Part shown: positions 60,474 to 64,000 of the stretch, one piece after another
Layout: every line of letters starts with the position of its first letter
How positions within the stretch are numbered: position 1 is the first letter of the stretch
NCBI GenBank assembly: GCA_012295275.1
Contig: CM022673.1
Coordinates: 7,006,001 to 7,070,000 of the forward strand
Direction: 5' to 3'
Length of the DNA: 64,000 bases
From: Chrysomallon squamiferum
Taxonomy: Eukaryota; Animalia; Mollusca
Translations under genes and position numbers: made by a program
The notes under the pieces: model-generated
The model's database searches: none
What the model saw: the letters and a program-made list of their open reading frames with translations, nothing else
Told to the model about the DNA's origin: nothing

Positions 60474-63400
60474 AATAAATAAATAAAAAGGTCTACTTAT
60501 CATCCGAAGAATCACTGCTCCCAATCTTTGCACTTTTGTCCGTGATTTTTTGTAGTTACTCGAGTTAGTATTTGTATTTTTGTTTTTCTCAAAAAAAAAA
60601 AAAAAAAAAAAAATGTGATTTTCGTTTTCATTTTTTTTTTATCTAGTTGGTTAACGTTTTGAAAAGGACTGTTATTTTAATATAATTATTATTTAATAGA
60701 AGGATTAGAGAATCTTAAGAAAATTACTGAATGTTTCATGGGATTAAGAATGCAAAAAAAAATGATAAGATTTGATTTACGTTTCTGGTATCTGCCGCGA
60801 ATAATGAATAAATAAAATAAATGACCGAACTGAACAAAAAATAAAAATAAAAATATAAAAAAATATATCGTTAATTTTTCTTTACACTTTTTGCCTCTTC
60901 TTCTTCCTACGACAGAAGATACCAAACCTGTAAGCCGAGTGACAAACTATTCATTACAGTAAACGAAGACAAATGTGCTAAATCCTGCCTTCCATTCAGT
61001 TTCATCTGACCTTTCGTAAATTTAATAACATTACGTTAGAGATCCAACTGCGCTGAGAATGAGCTGTTTATCAGTGACACTGTAGATACACGGAGAAATC
61101 TAACAAGGGTGTAAATATGAAAGATGATAAAAAATAATTGTGTTTAATTCAATTCATCATTTTGCGTCTTTACTTCCACTTGACTGTTTTGTTTGTTTGT
61201 TGCAGGTAAGAAAAATGTAGTAATAAAGTATAACAACAGTCTAGGAATGAGGTATATATATATTTTTTTGTTATTATCGTGTAATCATTTTATAATATCT
61301 GTTTTTCTGTCTGTCTATGTGTATTTTTCTCTCTTTAAACCTCTCTGTTCCCATCTCTCTCTTCCCACCTCTCTTTTTATTCTTTATAATCATCTTCTTG
61401 TAATACACACACAAAAAAAAAATGAAAAGAGAGAGAAACTATTCCAAAATATTAAATATTAAATCTGTTGGCAAGTGCTGTTCTGCATAATTTATGAATG
61501 ACATATTTATACTGGCTAGTTAACACACTAGGCTGTGTAAAAGGATTTCAGAAAAGTCAAGTTTTTACATCGCAGCATCTATTCAGACGTACCCCAGTCA
61601 CATGACGCTTTACATTGCACTCTGATCACGTTCTAACTTATGAGCTGTTGTATTAAAAGTGCTGACTGAGGACTCCAGTAGCTTGTTTTCATAAAAAACG
61701 TTATTATTCTGAAACGCAGCAATCTCGATAAACTGGCTGTTTTATTATTTAAAGAGACAACCGAGGGGGAGAGAACTGTTATCACTACGGGGCAGACTGT
61801 GATCAAAAGAAATCGCTCGCTGCGACAACCACAAATAGAGTTTTCTGTATTTTACTGTTTTCCAATTAGGTGCCGATGTTAGCACCTTCGAGCATAACAG
61901 ACAATTATAGACACTCGATCTCATGCTTTGTATTGATTCGTCTCAATGATGCTTAGCGTGGTGTTCCAGAGGTATTAGGAACCTCGACAGCGAATTCCTC
62001 CCCATCTACGTTTTCTCTGTGCTAGAGCCAACAGCAACCACATCATCGTGCACTTTCGCTATTCATTCAACGGCCGCAGGAGTCAAACAAAAAGCTAAAA
62101 AAAAATTATTTATTGACTCTAAGTGGATTAAGATAGAGGAACAGGAAATCATCCGAGCTATAACCACTCCGTACGTCTCTCTCTCTCTCACACCGTGGAC
62201 AAAACTCCATCACAGTTTGCCAGACACTCGTAAACGTCAACAGTGATTTTTTGAGTTTGATGAAGGATCTTGTTTGTTGTTGATGCAATGTCTGCTTAAC
62301 GGGGTAGAACAGAGAGTTTATTCATTACTTGCGATAAAAACAAAATTAAAAAACAAAATAAAATAAAATAACACGAAGGAAAAACAACGATACCCGTGTG
62401 TTTTTAGAAGTCTCCAGAAACAATATTATTTAAAGACACTAACAAATAATGTTAGTGTTTTGAAGACTGAAATATTGAAATTAGTGTTATTCAACTCTGA
62501 ATTAGTGATAACTGTGTTGGAAGGACAGAAACACTGGAAGTTTAGTTTTCTAAAACCAAACACACTGAGACTTACATATTTAAATAAAACAAGTAAACTT
62601 GATATTTTTTCTAAAGCTAGAAAACGAGAAAAACAAGACAGTATTTGTGCATTTTAAAGACAGGAGCACTGAAACTTTCGAGACAAGAAGACAATATTTT
62701 TATGCGTTACAGACAGCAACAGAAATACCTGAATTTTTCTAATGATTATGACAAAAACAAGCTAATGAAAATGTTGGATTTACTGCAATAAAAACAACGC
62801 CATTCACTCAGTACCATTGAGAGATATAAAGTAAGTAAACCAAATTGATCATTAGCTTCATTATTTTAAAATTATATTTTAAGTTAATATTAAAACAATA
62901 TCGCTAAACGCTTCTTACTACTTGATTAAGCTTGCATCAAATAATATTGATAATTAAGAATAGTAATTTTTAATATTGTTTTGATAAACAATCTTTGATG
63001 AATATTGTATCTCACTATTTTCTATAAAATAGTTTAGCTTTCAATAAAGTGTTAGAAAATATTTTCCGAAAGCAAAACAAGACAAAAAAAAAAAAAACCA
63101 AAAAAAAAAAACAACAACAACAACAACAAACAAACAATTAAAATGCTAGTAGTTTTAAAATGATAAATATTTTTGTCATGATATTTCTAACAACATCAGG
63201 CTTTCCTTTATTCTGAAATTATAACTCCTTTTCATATGAACCTTTTAAAATTGTATGAATACACAATCATGTAGATATTATTAATTACGGCGCCGTTGTT
63301 TTGCTTGTGTTTGTGTTTTGTTTTTGTCTTTTACTGGTAGAGAATGCATTAATGTTTGATGTGGAATAACATTAGATAGAATTTTTTGAGAAATATATTT

Positions 63401-63599
63401 CAGTTAATGAGATGTAAATTTTAATATATTTCCTCTGTTACTGAATGTTTATGTTACTGATATTTTATATACTTTAAATTTCTGTTTATTTAGCAGGCTT
63501 ACATACATACATACATATGTGCATATATATATATATATATATACTTTATACAACTTAGAAACACAAAGTCTTAGTGTTTGTCTTTATTATAATTAGTGG

Positions 63600-63631
<32 letters not shown>

Positions 63632-64000
63632 CATTATTATTATTATTGTCGTCATCATCGATGTTATTTATTTATTTATTTATATATTTATATATTTATA
63701 AACTGGATTACAAAATTTTCTCAGACATGTGACGTTACATCAGAGCAAACAATATTCCACGTGCAACGTGTTAGAAAAATGAAATCTGAGTGAAAATCAA
63801 TGTAATAATCGTTGATGTTACCACTGGAAAATAGTCCTGTGGGCTTTTTCATATCACTTCAGCCATAATGAAGTTTTTTAATGTTTGTCGTTTGTAAACA
63901 AAACATCGGTCTGAAAATAGCGTTTTCTCGGTCTGATTCCTGGCGTTTCATAATCTATCGAGGAATGATAATGTTATATGATATTATTTAGTATTTGAAT

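Noticed and set aside
60150-62330. Possible coding exons, including ORF 62019-62246
   Set aside because: No recognisable protein similarity or phase-consistent exon chain; could be UTR or repeat-derived.

Overview
AT-rich, microsatellite-dense eukaryotic DNA (invertebrate, mollusc-like by inference). Almost all ORFs in the six-frame track are microsatellite artefacts. By manual GT-AG exon reconstruction, positions ~0.9-48.1 kb hold a head-to-tail + strand array of three paralogous M12B (reprolysin) zinc metalloprotease genes of ADAMTS/MIG-17 type. The shared layout is signal peptide, prodomain with furin sites, HELGHSLGAxHD catalytic domain with YIM Met-turn, and an ADAMTS-type disintegrin-like/Cys-rich domain, with no thrombospondin repeats. 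Genes 2 and 3 continue into tandem 6-Cys PLAC-like modules, a Thr-rich mucin stalk and a GPI-signal-like tail. The paralogs differ modularly: 0, 4 and 6 PLAC-like modules. Gene 1 (5' exons outside the window) lost its whole C-terminal half by a microhomology deletion. It may have regained an anchor through a new intron that splices onto a 56-bp minisatellite derived from the anchor-coding sequence. A 50-bp exon next to the active site is hypervariable. All three genes carry small indels (assembly error or pseudogenisation; unresolved). Introns contain a Tc1/mariner relic, a Tigger/pogo relic and two long inverted repeats. No gene could be supported in 48.2-64 kb.
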